DNA from: Callorhinchus milii
Lineage: Eukaryota
Direction: 5' to 3'
Length of the DNA stretch: 64,000 nucleotides
NCBI RefSeq assembly: GCF_018977255.1
Contig: NW_024704742.1
Coordinates: 31,870,001-31,934,000 of the forward strand
The stretch's first letter is position 1; each line of letters starts with the position of its first letter. Of the stretch, positions 50,749-64,000 are shown piece by piece. Under the pieces are notes generated by a model. It had not been told where the DNA came from and ran no database searches. It saw only the letters and a program-made list of their open reading frames with translations. Position numbers and translations under genes: made by a program.

Positions 50749-53700
50749 GGACTAGCATGACTCGGTTAACCTTTCACACAACACGCACCAAAAGCAGGAA
50801 CAAGGATGCAGAGTGAGCTCCTCAGCTGCACCAGATGAGCCAAATGCATCTGACACACAAGAAGGGTTAAAGAACTCACAGCACTGACTGGACATACCTG
50901 CTTGTCACCTCATCACTCATGTGTTACGCAATCAGTTCCACTTGTTCAAATGCGAAATCACAACGGAACCCATTTGCTAAACTACTTCCAAGACCATTTC
51001 CTCTGAATAAAATTCTTACGTCACTGCCCAGAACATAAAGCGAGGTTGTTTCCTGCAGTAAATTACAGAGGAATTTTATGCTGTGGTGCTTTCGCATTGG
51101 GAGGACTAATCAATATTGTCAAAAGCAGACATTGGAAGAAAACATTGGTTTTAGCAAGGGGTACAAGGAAGGTCATTGAAGGCTGTGAAGTTGAAATCTC
51201 TTTGAACTAAGTAAGAAGCCACAATATAAATGCACTCTTTAATTTGCCCAAAATCCACTCTTGGTATTGCTTAGAAGAATCTTTTAACAACCACTTCTTT
51301 GGTAACTATGCATCCATTGTGACACATACTCAGACGTACTGGAAACGTCTGTCGGGTGTAATAAGTGTGATGCGGAAATCTTGCTTGTGATCTGAACAGG
51401 TTAATGTTTTAATAAGTATGCAGTGTGCGCAGGAATGTGCAAGAACCCGGCTGAAAAACATAAATTGGCAGATCTTGCCAGTGCACATTTGTCTATGATT
51501 AGCAAAGCTGTCTCGTAGTGTCTCCAACAAAAAAGAATAAATTATGCCTCCAATAAATGCAAGCTTTGGTTTCAACCCGAGCAAACAAACTGCCTAAAAT
51601 GCAGAACGTCAAACATATTTTTGGCATCTGAGTGAACGGGTGACATCACCCCACATGATAGGTATCATTCACAGAGACACTGAGGACGTTTGTGCAGGGT
51701 GGGGGGGAGAATGTTTGAGTTTGAACAGATAATCCCAGTCACATCTTGTCCTTTAACCAATAACCAATTATTGTCATAGCTAACTATACCCAAAGAGGTA
51801 CACCCCATTGAACCCTAATTTATGGTTCTTTCTAATCTATAACTACTCGGAACAAGACAGCATTTCCAACTGGCAACCAAATGTAGCATCTGTCTCTTAG
51901 ACTGAAAAATTAGTCTCCAGTCTCATGCAAGTATGGATTAAATCAAATTCAGGCAACAGTAATTGATCCATGATGTCTTTGGCCTCTGTACCTGTCACTC
52001 TCAGCTACTACAGTAAGAACATATCAAAAAACCTCCATTTGTTTTTTTGGCAAGGACACTAAAGGTTGCCTTTGGATAGTTGCACCCACCCACACAAGGT
52101 CTAAATCCTCATGGAAACCTTAACCTTGCCCATGACAACTAAATTTCCTTTAGTACCGCTAAAAAAAATCTTCATGTCGATAGCAACCACAAGATACAGA
52201 CTGAAAGTCTCAGGTAAAGTAAACGTTGATGATTGTGAGTTTTTTTTCCTGCTGTGAAACATTAAGTATTCTCCTAACAACCACCACCCACCCCACCCCC
52301 GCATATCCTCCTTCCCCCATCCACAACTCAAAGCAGTTTCACTAAACAGTGGTTTATGTTCTCTGGTTTATGCCTCTGCTAAGTTACACCTGGAACTTTA
52401 TGTTTCCAAACTGTTGGGAGGGAAATCGCTTGCCTCTCTACCCGCCATCTGCTAATGTTAATAATGTATGTGGTTGCCACTACTCTGCACTTTAATGGAT
52501 ATAAATTGCTGGTCTCTAACTTGCAGCCTCTACTGCTGGAGTCATTGAAGAAACAGCTTGATGCTGTGATGCGAAGATGGTAGGTTGGGCGTCAAGGAAG
52601 GATAAGATCAAATGGGTTGAAGGACCTCCTTTATCCGAATCTCTCCTGTGATCTTCTAAGTGAAATTAACCAAGCTATTTGTAATCATAATAGAAAAAAG
52701 TGCGTCATAATTATAATCAAAGTCACTTATTCTATTTGGCCATTTAAATATCAACTATTCTCCATTTGTGAGTTGAAAGTAGTCAGTGTGCCATGCATTG
52801 CTAACAGCAGGATAGCTTTGTAGTAATTGTATGCCCTGGTGCTGAGAGTACGAGGCAGTGCCAAGGAAGCAATTGCTGCCTGTTATAGGAGTACAGTTCC
52901 TCTGACCTGAGTGAGGTACAGGGCAGAGATCGACTCTCACAAGATTACAAGATTGGTTTGGATGTTGAAGGCCCAACAGCTCATCTGATCTCATCCTCCC
53001 ATCACACAGTGACCTAGCAATTAAAGTCTCAACTTTACACTTGAAACTCAAGAGATGAACTCAATAAAATTGACGAGTGCCAGCCCATCACCCAGCAGCC
53101 ACATAACAGGGAAGAGCTACCCAAGGTCGGAAAAAGAGTCATTCAAGTCAAATAGTGACAAGTGAATGACTGGTGCCTGTGCCACGCTCACTGTCTATGG
53201 CTCCTTTACTCTGAGTACTACATTATAAGAACATACCGGCTTGTCAATCTCCCACAAAGTAACCCTGGTACACAAAGGTCAGTAGTCCCGGCTACTTCCC
53301 TTGAGAATAATGAATCTTCAAAGGCACAATTTCAGCAAATTTAATTAATGAAGAGAATTATTAGCAGATAGATAGAACTTGCATAAATATTAAATAAAAT
53401 ATTTATCAAAGCCTCTTCTTCATACGAAGGGCATTAAATGTGAACTATTGTGACAAAAATAAGAGTAGGGTGTCGGCTAATTAAAAGGAAGGAGTAAAAT
53501 AATGCCATTAATAACATTTCATTCCCCTATACACATCGCTTATAAAGCATAGTCAAGTGGGTACATGTTAAACAAATCACAGAGATACAAACATGCACCA
53601 AAAATGACCACAAACATAAAATGAATGAAAGTATTGATAACCTTATGACAATGCTCTCACGAGTTGCAACAGTAATGCAGAAATCAATGGACTGTGAATC

Positions 53701-54234
53701 TGCAGGTGTTCCTTGAAGGTGTTTCATCAGCTTCATCTAGAACAATTTAGGGATGATTGTTGAGGTCCTGGACTATTTCAACACAGTCAAACAGTTATGT
53801 CCAAGTATCTACAAAGTGTGAAGCCTGTAAATGTGAAGGAGCTTGTAAGTCAAGTCAAAGAAATGGTAGACACCTTGAGCAGGGTGTGCGATGAGGTGGA
53901 AAATCCTTTTCATCAACTTGTAGTTTGAACTTTAAGATTGAGAAGGGTCGTTTCTGTAGAACTGCCAAAAACGCAATGCTTTGAGACGTCCTCCTGACTT
54001 GAATGATGCCAATAGCAAATGCAAGAAGTGTTATGTTAAGCATATAAAGAAAACCTCCCTTTTTATGATGGAAATATACCTACTCTCGTGAAAAGGAAAA
54101 CAGAGTTAAAACATTTGTTGTTCATTAGTTTCCTCTGATTGTTTTTTCTTTACCTTTTCCTGAGCTCACGCAATTTCCTGACCAGGTGCAGGTTGATCGC
54201 AGCACCTCAGAGAACCGTTGCCTTAATAATCCCA

Positions 54235-54712
54235 ATAAATAATCTTTGCATTTGATATAACACCTTCCGCATCAGGAGGACGTTTTAAAGTGCTTCACAT
54301 AATTTACCAAAAAGTGTAGTGACTGCATATTTATCGACCAATGCAGTAGTGATATTTGCACACAGCAAAGTCCCACAAACAGCCATGAAGTGAGAAGCCA
54401 ATTTTATTTGAGAGATTGTGGACCAGGGCATCGGGAGAAACTGGTTTCTCCTTTTGAATAAATTGTTGTTGAATTTGTTGTTGTTGAATAGGATTCCATG
54501 GGATCTTTAACGTCCATCTGAACAGACAAACAAGGCCTCAATTTGACATTTCATCTGAAGGACAACACCCCAGCAATGCAGCACACCCCCAGCAATACAT
54601 TGGAGTGTTAACCTAATCTGTGAGTTCAAAATTCCAACGTGGGGTTTGAAACCACAATTTTCTGACTCGAAACTGAGGAAGTAACAGTGCTATCAACTAT
54701 GCTGGGCTGACG
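54235..54712 (-). mobile_element. SacSINE1/DeuSINE-like element, near full length
   Basis: Reverse-complement L2-like tail, CCATGGGATCTTTAACGTCCATCTGAAC central domain and a tRNA-like head. Confidence 0.75.
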
Positions 54713-55931
54713 GCAGCCAGACAAACTTGGACTGTTCAGTTTTGAAAGGAGACATTTCAGAGGGGAGATATGTACAAGATTTTAAATGGAATTGATAAAG
54801 TAAATCCAAAACAATATTTTCAGATGCATCAATACAGCAGAACAATAGGATGTTGGTTTTAGGGCAATTTTAGGACTGATACCAGGAAGTATTTCTTCAC
54901 CTAGAGGGTAATTAACAACTGGAAAAAGTTACTAGGAATGATGGATGAAGCTAGGAGACAGCAGTCATTTAAAATTCAGCATCACGCTGTGATGGGAGGA
55001 CATTAGGGTGAGTATTACCACCCATGTGGAACACTCACTCTGGTTTAGTTACTCTTAAGCATGACGATGGATTTCCACGTGTCAGACATGGATAACCAAA
55101 ATGAAGTTTACGGGTTTCAAAATGTCTATCATTAATGCTGTTCTCAGTGATACCAGGGTCTCCCAGCATGTATGCTCAGCGCAACTTTATTCGTTCTCCT
55201 GAGACTGATTAGGGACGAGGTACAGGATCTCCCAAGTGTTTGACAAGCTTTACGAAATATTTAGATGAAAATGTACTGGAAATGCAAACCAAAAAAACAA
55301 AGATCACATTAAAATGAAAACAAAAGGAAGCAACAAAACACACCCAGTTAGAGAACTCAGAAAGATGCCAGAACAAAGCTCAATATTGTGCAACCCTGAA
55401 TCCCACACCCCTACAACACAAGCCAGTAAGCCTGAACCAAAATAAGCAAGGCTGAATGAAATGCCAGTGATCATATATCATAGAACTATAGAAATGGGGG
55501 CAGGGAATCATCTCGCTCAGTTCCTGTTAACCCTCCAAGCCAAAGTCCTAATGTGTAGGGTGGTTCTAGCTGGACAAGCAGTGGGAAAGCTTGACAGACA
55601 GTTATATCCATGCCAAGTTATGCAGTTAAGCTGGGCAGACCCTAATGGGCACACTCTAGCTCTTGCCAACCTGCACCTAATACTTCCTGGAATTAGGTCA
55701 GCAGATGTGTCCCTCCAGGGAGAGAGTGCACATTCCATTCCAACAACCTATCTCTGGAATTTCCATGTGTAGATGAGATGCAAGGAATTCTCAGCTTGGT
55801 TAGGACACTCTTGATCCTGGTGATGGGTTGACACCCGGCTACCCAAAAAATCTACAGAAATTTACAGCTCATCGTTTATGTTGGCTTTTTTAAGAACCAT
55901 TCTTTCAGTCCCATTTCCCTGCCCTTTCTGT

Positions 55932-56258
55932 AGTCCTGTAGCTCAGTGGTTAGAGCACTCGCTTTGCAAGCGAGAGACCTGAGTTCAATTCCAGGCAGGA
56001 CGAAACCTTGGGCAAGTTTCCTTACTCCACACTCCTGATAATAATCCCTCCAAAAAAAAACAATAATAAATTGGTCATTTTCAATCCACGACTGTTTGTG
56101 GGACATTGCTGTGCGCAATTGGCTGCCGCGTTCGCCCACAAATATACAGTCAATTTTCACTTTACAGTCTATTCTGTGAAGCGCTTTGGGATGTCTAGAA
56201 GACGTGAAAACCGCTATATCAAATGCAGGGATTATTATTATTATTATTATTATTATTA
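55932..56258 (+). mobile_element. SINE, short form, full length (young)
   Basis: tRNA-like head AGTCCTGTAGCTCAGTGGTTAGAGCACTCGCTTTGCAAGCGAGAGACCTGAGTTCAATTCC, with TGC at the anticodon position, and a long (ATT)n tail. Confidence 0.93.
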
Positions 56259-56839
56259 TAGTTGACTCTTTTTCTAGGTGTTTTTCCAGTTCCCTTTTAA
56301 GGCTAGTATGGATTCTGTCTCAACCTCTGCTCTTGGCAGGGCATTCCTTGTCCTAACCATTCTGTGTGTGAAAACAATTCTCCTAATCTTCCCGTTTGTC
56401 AGCCATTTTAAATCGGTGCCTTCTAGACCCTGACTCACGGACCAAGTTACTAATTCACCGATTAAATCAAAACCAATTGATCAGTATGAAAAGTAAAAGA
56501 ACAAAATGAAATTCATTTCTTAGCTGAAATCAAATCACCTCAAAATAGTCAAATTGGAAAATAGAATTAGAAATAAGATGAATGCGTCAACTCTTTACAC
56601 ATATTAATATCACATATTTTCCAAACTTAAAACTAAAGCAGTTAGTATTATGTTTGGTGACTAAGTAAATATTGTAATAATTCGGGAAGGGTGTTTGAGA
56701 CCAGGCACCCTGATTGCATTTTTTTAAAAAAATACTTTGATGCTGTAATAGGAGGATGGTAGGGTGGATGTTCTGGAAGAATGAGATTGAATGGTCAAAG
56801 GACCTTCTTGATCTGGATTTCTGTTATGAAGGCAGAACT

Positions 56840-57215
56840 GGAGTCCTGTAGTTTAGTGGTTAGAGCAAGCAAGAGGACTTGGATCCTGGATTTGATTCTC
56901 GGCAGGCCGAAGCATTGGGCAAGTTTCCTTACTCCACACACCTCTGTTTACCTAGCAGTAAGTAGGAACGTCATTGTTCGTCGATTGGCAGATCGCTTTT
57001 TCAGGTGTAATAATCCCTCAAATAAATAGGAAAATAAAATATTAATAATTTGCTCACTGAATCCATGACTGTTTGTGGGACACTGCTACGTACAATTGGC
57101 TGCCGTGTTTCTCCCACAAAATATACAGCCAATTCACTTAAACTATATACTGTGAAGCGCTTTGTAACGTCTCGAAGACGCGATGAGGCACTATGTCAAA
57201 TGCAAGGATTAAATT
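56840..57215 (+). mobile_element. SINE, long form
   Basis: Family head, core and tail. Confidence 0.88.
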
Positions 57216-57875
57216 ATCGTTTAACTTTGTAGGTCAAATTCAGTTCCATTCATTTTCCTCTAAAGGGTGATCATGATGGATGTATACAGATACGGTACTC
57301 CACTTAATGGACAATGGAATTATATTGGAATCTCATATGGATCCTGGGCTAATAGCTCACAGGTTAGCCATGATTGAATTTATTCAAGAATAGCAGGTAA
57401 TTCTGGAATCCTTTGCATTGGTTGATTGCATAATTAAGAGCACCTGCAATGCATCTGAACATGGTTAGCAATTGGGCTATTAACCCGAGGTGCATTTTAG
57501 ACCCCAAATGAAGAATTAGTAAAAGCAATGTAAGCTTTGGATATTTGATTAATGATGTTCAATTCAATAGCAAACAATAGCAGTCATTATATGTTATTAT
57601 TGGAATGGAATTGTAGAAATTGCAGCACAGAAGAGGCCTTTCAGCTCATTGATTATAAATCAGTGCTATCTATTCTGATTCTCGTTCCCTGCTCTGTTTC
57701 CATTTATTTTTTTATTTTCTCATGCATGTGAGATCCCAATCTAATTATTTTCAAAAAGTCATCCATTTATCTTTTTAATGTTGTTAGGGTCTCATCCTCA
57801 ACATCCACTTAGTGCAAAATATTCATTATTATAATAACTCTCTGTATTTCTCCTAAGCTTGCCCTTATCTGACCT

Positions 57876-58262
57876 GGACTTCTGTAGCTCAGTGGTTAGA
57901 GCACTCACTTTGCAAGTGAAAAAAGACCTGGGTTCAGTTCCCAGGGACAGCCAAATGTTGGGCAAGTTTCCTTACTCCACACATCTGTTTACCAAGCAGT
58001 AAGTACGAACCCAATTGTTAGTTGATTGGCGGATTGCTTTTTCGTGGGTAATAATTCCTTCAAAAATATAAAAATAATAATAATTTTGTCATTCAATTTG
58101 TGGGACTGTTTGTGGGACACTGCTGTGCGCAATTGGCTGTACGTTTCACCCACAAAGTATATAGTCAATTCACTTTACAATATATTCAGTGAAGCATTTT
58201 GAGATGTCTTGAAGACATGATAAGGAACTATATGAAAGGCAAGAATTAAGGATTATCATTAT
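57876..58262 (+). mobile_element. SINE, long form
   Basis: Family head, core and tail. Confidence 0.88.
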
Positions 58263-58289
58263 TTCCTCTGGAGTAATGATACTTATCAT

Positions 58290-59735
58290 TGTCATAGAAT
58301 TATACAGCACAGAAGGAGGCCATTCAGCCCATCGTGTCTGTGCCGGCTCTTTGGAAAGAGCTATCCAATTCAATTCCCTTGCTCTCTCGCCATAGCCTTG
58401 CAAACTTGTCCTCCCCAAATAATTATCTATTTCTCTATAGAATTGACTTCCACCACCCTTTCAGGTAATGCATTCCAGATCCAAACAACTCGCTGTGTGA
58501 AAACATTTTTCCTCATCTCCCCTCTGTTTCTTTTAGCAGCTATTTTAAATCAGTGCCCTCGGGTTACTGACCCACCCGCCAGTGGAAATAGTTTCTCCTT
58601 GTTCACCCTATCGAATCCCCTCATAATTTTTCAAACTTCTATTAAGTCTCCTCTTAACCTTCTCTGCTCCAAGGAGAATAATCCCAGCTTCTCCAGCCTC
58701 TCCTCATAACTGAAGTCCCTCATTCCTGGTACCAACCTGGTAAATCTTTACACCATCTCCAATGCCTTGACATCGTTCCTAAAGTGTGGGGCCCAGAACT
58801 GAACACAGTACTCTAGCTGAGGCCTAACCAGTGTTTTATAAAGGTTCATCATAACTTCTTGACTTTTGTATTCTATGCCCCTATTTATAAAGCCTAGTTT
58901 CCCGTATGCTTTTTTAACAGCTTTATCTAACTGTCCTGCCACCTTCAAAGATTTACTTATATGAACTCCCAGATTTCTCTGTTCCTTCAACCCCTTAAAA
59001 TTCTACCATCTACCTTATATTGCCTCTCCTCATTCTTCCTCCTAAAATGCATCACTTTGCATTTCTCCATGTTAAACTTTGCAAGTGAGAGACCTGAGTT
59101 CAATTCCAGGCAGGGCAAAACCTTGGGCAAGTTTCCTTACTCCACACGCCTAATAATAATCCCTCCAGAAAAACAAAACAAAAATCAATCGGTTATTTTC
59201 AATCCATGACTGTTTGTGGGACATTGCTGTGCGCAATTGACTGCCACGTTCGCCCACAAATATACAGTCAATTCACTCTACAGTCTATTCTGTGAAGCGC
59301 TTTGGGACATCTAGAAGAAAGTGAAAAGTGCTATATCAAATGCAAGGATTATTATTATTATTAATATTATTATGTCCGTTTGCAGTCTGCTACTATCCTT
59401 CTCACTGTTTACTACTTTTCCTAGATTAGTATCATCTGCAAACTTGGAAATTGTCTTCCTAGAGTTAAATCCAAGTCATTTATATAGATTAAAAACAGCA
59501 GTTGTCCCAATACCGACCCCTAGGGGAACACCACTGCACACTTCCCTCCAGTCAGAAAAACAACCGTTCACCACGACTCTCTGTTTTCTGTCTCCCACCC
59601 ACTTCTGTATCCATGCTGCCACTGTCCGTTTAATACCGTGGGCTTCTATTTTGCTTACAAGTCTCTTATGTGGCACTTTATCAAACGCCTTTGAAAATCC
59701 ATATAAACTGCATCAACTGCACTACCTTCATCCAC
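58290..59735 (-). mobile_element. CR1 LINE 3' half (RT), interrupted by a SINE at about 59077-59371
   Basis: VPHKRL...WIQKW..DRKQRVVVNG.FSDW..V.SGVP; KFADDT (about 59429-59446); LGFINRGIEYKSQEVMMNLYKTLVRPQLEYCVQFWAP; CR1 3'UTR. Confidence 0.96.
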
Positions 59736-59740
59736 CCTCT

Positions 59741-59995
59741 ATAATAATAATAATAATCCTTGCATTTGATATAGCGCTTTTCACGTCAGGAGGACGTCCC
59801 AAAGCGCTTCACAGAACACACTGTAAAGTGAATTGACTACATATTTGTGGGCGAACGCGGCAGCCAATTGCGCACAGCAATGTCCCACAAACAGTCGTAG
59901 ATTGAAAATGACCAATTTTGCTATTGTTTTTGTTTTGGAGGGATTATTATTAGGCGTGTGGAGTAAGGAAACTTGCCCAAGGTTTCGCCCTGCCT
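59741..59995 (-). mobile_element. SINE, short form
   Basis: Reverse complement of the 59077-59371 type. Confidence 0.9.
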
Positions 59996-61041
59996 GCAAT
60001 GTGCTTTTGTTTAACCAATTTATTTTTCCTTATATGAAGGTGAAAGAAATAAAGGACTAGAGAATTGAACATTTTTGTTCTAAACTTTCAGATAGCGCAG
60101 AATAGTGAAGAATTCTTATATTCACTCTTAATTTGAAACAGATTATTTTGTGTGTGTGTGGGGGGGTTGTGTGGGCGGGGGGGGGGGGTGGGGACAAAGG
60201 GGAAGAGAAAAACAGCATGTAAATTAAGACTAAATGTAGGAAATTTCCAAATTTCTGTGATATTTAAAATTTTAACACAAAATGGCTATTGCAGGCTAGG
60301 TGAAATGTTGGATCTGTCGTGCGGTAGGATAATCAGCAGTGCACATCTGGACATGTGGGTCACTTCAGGGGCTGAACAAAGGTTTAGGACTAAATGTAGA
60401 CAATAAATAACAGCAGAGCAGTATCTTAAAGAGGGCTGAGGGGGTAAGGGCTAATACTCGGGATAAAATACTGTAGTTTCAATTTTTTAAAAACGAATTC
60501 TCCTTTCAACGTTTAATCCTTTATTCTTCATTCCTAGATGTGTTTTCAGAAACAGATACTCACATTATGAATCATGCTATTGTATAGTTATGATTTCAGG
60601 TGTTTATCAATGACTATTATAGAGCCAAGATACATAAATGCTCTCATACAATGACATTGTTTATGACCGGATACTGGAGTCTTGAGTTTCCTCAAGTGCT
60701 CTGGTCAAAGCTTTGTTGATGCTTATGAGAAATAAGAAATAAGAAGTGTATATTTTGTATATTGCAACCTACTCCAAGTTAATGTAGATTGCAGGCATTT
60801 GCCTACAAAATATACAGTCACTGCACTAATTTATTGCATATTGCATCAAAGAGTCTCAAAACCCTTCAAAAGTAATTACTGTCAAATATACTTGGTAAAT
60901 GAGGTTGCCAATTTGTGCAGTCATGTTGTGAATGATCAATTTATCTGCAGGATAGCAGAGGAATGATTCATTTCAGCAAAATGTGGTTTCAACGGTGTAT
61001 GCCTACATTAGTATCAGTCGATATGCACGTGAGAAGTTACA

Positions 61042-61238
61042 ATAATAATAGTGATAATAATCCTTGCATTTGATATAGCTCCTTATCACCTCTTTGAGAC
61101 ATCTCAAAGCGCTTCACAGAATATACTGTAAAGTGAATTGACTGTATATTTTGTGCATGAAACGTAGCAGCCAAATGCACAAAGCAATTATCGTGGATCG
61201 AGTGACCAAATTATTATTTTTTTTGAAGGGATTATTAC
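61042..61238 (-). mobile_element. SINE 3' portion
   Basis: Reverse-complement family tail. Confidence 0.85.
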
Positions 61239-64000
61239 AATGAGTTGGTACAATGAACACTAAGTTATTAGAATCTGAAATCTTGTTGATTGGGTAAGAC
61301 AGCGACTCCATTAGTGTTGGTTTAATCCACTTGATTTCGTCTGAGAGACAGACTGCTTTAATTCTTGTCAAAAAAGTGAGCCAAAAGTCAATAACTTGTG
61401 GCAGCTGTTGCCACCATTCCAATGACATTTTACATGTTATTTTACATGTAAAAAAATAAATAACTTAAAAAATATAATAAAAGTCAAAATCCTGACACGA
61501 GGATAGCTGTATTTCCTCACTGTAAGACAGACAGTGACTTGGGAATTAAAGGAACGCATTACAATATCTGCATTCCAGAATAACCAATGAGCCAAATTAC
61601 AAGTAAATGGAAAAGGGGGCTCTCCCCAGTCCAGTTACTCACATTAATTCTCAATGCTATGAAAGCTACTCAATTAAAGCAATTTTCCTGGACAGAATGT
61701 GCCACAGGGTTAAATGCACATGCTTCAAGCATGTAGTGCAGATAGCAGTGCTCCATCCAGTCCTGTGGTGCAACACCCACACAAAGAAACATAGAAACCT
61801 CACAATAATAATAATAATCCTTGCATTTAATATAGCGCCTCATCACATTGTTGAGACAACTAAAAACGCCTCACAGAATTATTGTAAAGTTGAACTGATT
61901 CATTATTACTGCATGTAAAGTGTATACCAATCGCTTGTACCCCAGCTTTTTTTCCCTACGCGATCACAAGATCGGTTTGGATGAACTTCGAATCTCATCC
62001 TTGCAGAACATCCACCACACTGATCACCCCCATCACAGCATCCATCTGCTTTTTAAATGAGTCCAGCGTCCTGGCCTCTACCACCTTTCCTGGCAACCTG
62101 TACCAGTCGGTGATTACCCTCTGAGTAAAGAAAACCTTCCTTGTATCCATTCTGAAACTCTCCTATTCTCCTCTTAAACCCCTCTGTTCCCTTTCACTCG
62201 TGTATGGTTCAAATTTTCTCTTAAAAACAGCGATTCAATTTGCTTCAACCACAACTTCCGGCAGTGAGTTCCACAGTCTCATCACCCTCTCTTAAATTAT
62301 TTACAGATCTACTACTGACTCTCTTACCTTTATGCCCTTTAGTTTTGGAAACATCTCATCACCTGATTAAATCCTTTTTATCTTAAACACCCTCTTTCAG
62401 GTCCCCTACCTCAACTCTTGCGAGAAAATCTCTAACCTACCTTTCTTGATTGCTGTATTCACTCATTCCTGGTAACATCCTTGCTAATTACCCGTCCCTT
62501 CACAAGATTATATGAATTTGTTTTGGATGAAGCCTGATCAGGTTATTTAAAATCCAAGCTTGGCTTCAGTTTTTTCTTCGTTTAGCTCACCCTCTCCTGT
62601 CAAGAGTATGTCCACCTGTAGGCCTTGACCTTTCACTTGGAGTTCTCAATTTAAAATACAGCCGCTTAATCTCAGCCAACAGCTAAATGGGAAGAACCAG
62701 GTTAAATCTCTTTTGTGAATCCTTCTGCAGCATGTACTGACTGTAATAAAATTCAGCATGTAGGAAGAATTTGGCCCTCAGATCCATATAATCAGGGGAA
62801 TATCTTGAGACCATCCAATTTGGGATATTCATTATAAAGCAATTGAGAAAAACAGAGAGCCAAAATGTGGGATTTCTAAATAGGAAAATCTAATATGGAA
62901 TGCCCTTTGGAATTCCAATGGGAATAGCATTCTGGAAATAGATTGATTGGGAGCGGAGTTCCCACGGGCAGGTGAGATGTCGTAATTCCCTGGTAAAGGG
63001 AAGAGAGGAAATCCAGTGATTTTCAGTGCTGTGACCCCTACAGTCAGTGCACTGCATATGGAGAAAACATATCTTACCGACAAAAGGGCCCACAATGCAA
63101 ACAGCATTTTCTCCAGGGAATCAATCCTTCATTCATCCTCCTTCAATGAAGTACAGGACTGGAGTGTCAGTCTAGACTTTGTGGCTCAAATTCCAGAATG
63201 GAGCTTAAACACACATCCCTCTGACCCAGCAGTGAGAATGCTACCAACTGAGCCATATTAATACTGATAATAATATTAGGAATACTTCGAAAACTAATAA
63301 CGACAAAATAAATGTGGTATGATTCAGGATTCCTTCCTATCCCCTGTTTTTATAGATGATCAGGTACTGATGTTTCCTATTATGCTGCTTTAAATCAAAT
63401 TGGAAACATATATATAAAAAGTCTGCAATGGGTAGAACTTCCAAATTTGTTGAAGTGATTGGTTTAGAAATTACAATCAAAGTTTTTTTTTAACACCATC
63501 CTAAAGCCAATTGCTTGAAATTATCTACATCTCTCCGACCTACTGCTTTGATGCGCTTTTCGTCATCTTTCCCCTCCCCACCCCACTATCCTCCGATCGC
63601 CAGCTCGGGTGCCAAGCCATTATTGTTAAGCACTTTGGGAAGTGCTCTGATGTAAAAGGCACTGTAAAAATTAAAATTTGTATTCCATTGCATTATAATA
63701 ATAATTGCATTTGATACAGCGCCTTATCACGTCGTTGAGACATCTCAAAGCACTTCACAGAATAAACTGTAAAGTGAATGTATATTTTGTGGGTGAATAA
63801 ATGACACCCTCAAGCAACTTAGTCTGGATTCATAACCCAAAAGAATAAACAGACCATGTTCATTTTTAAAGTGATTTTTCAATCATATTTCTGATTATCT
63901 GTATGTGGTTAATTAACTACCTATGTGATCATTCCTAGAGGAGAGGGTCCAAACTGTACAGGTCTTTAACCTATGGTTAAAATTCTATAACATTAAGACA

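Noticed and set aside
55932..56005. tRNA-Ala gene
   Set aside because: It is a SINE head. It lacks a proper acceptor stem and continues into SINE core and tail, as in many other copies.
35000..64000. A second protein-coding gene downstream of dkk2
   Set aside because: All recognisable ORFs are LINE/SINE-derived or low complexity. Small exons of a neighbouring gene or lncRNA cannot be excluded by eye.

Overview
Vertebrate genomic DNA, most likely from a cartilaginous fish (possibly a holocephalan; this is inferred from the repeat families and is not verified). The one supportable protein-coding gene is a four-exon dickkopf-2 (dkk2) on the + strand. Its CDS is 9697-9897, 20356-20509, 26713-26862 and 30593-30831 (744 nt, 247 aa), with a signal peptide, an NxI motif and both cysteine-rich domains. 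A GC box and TATA box at about 9031-9070 lie upstream, preceded by about 4 kb of stacked simple-repeat arrays. The rest is intronic or intergenic and dense in retroposons: a young tRNA(Ala)-headed SINE with an L2-type tail (long and short forms), SacSINE1/DeuSINE-like and AmnSINE2-like relics, L2 and CR1 fragments, a TA-flanked MITE and an atypical RT remnant. I found no convincing novel multi-gene system. The best leads are a TCF/LEF site cluster downstream of dkk2, the atypical RT remnant, a candidate poison exon, inverted repeats bracketing exons 2-3, a 5'-inverted SINE and an unrecognised ancient repeat family. Repeat boundaries are approximate and were read by eye.
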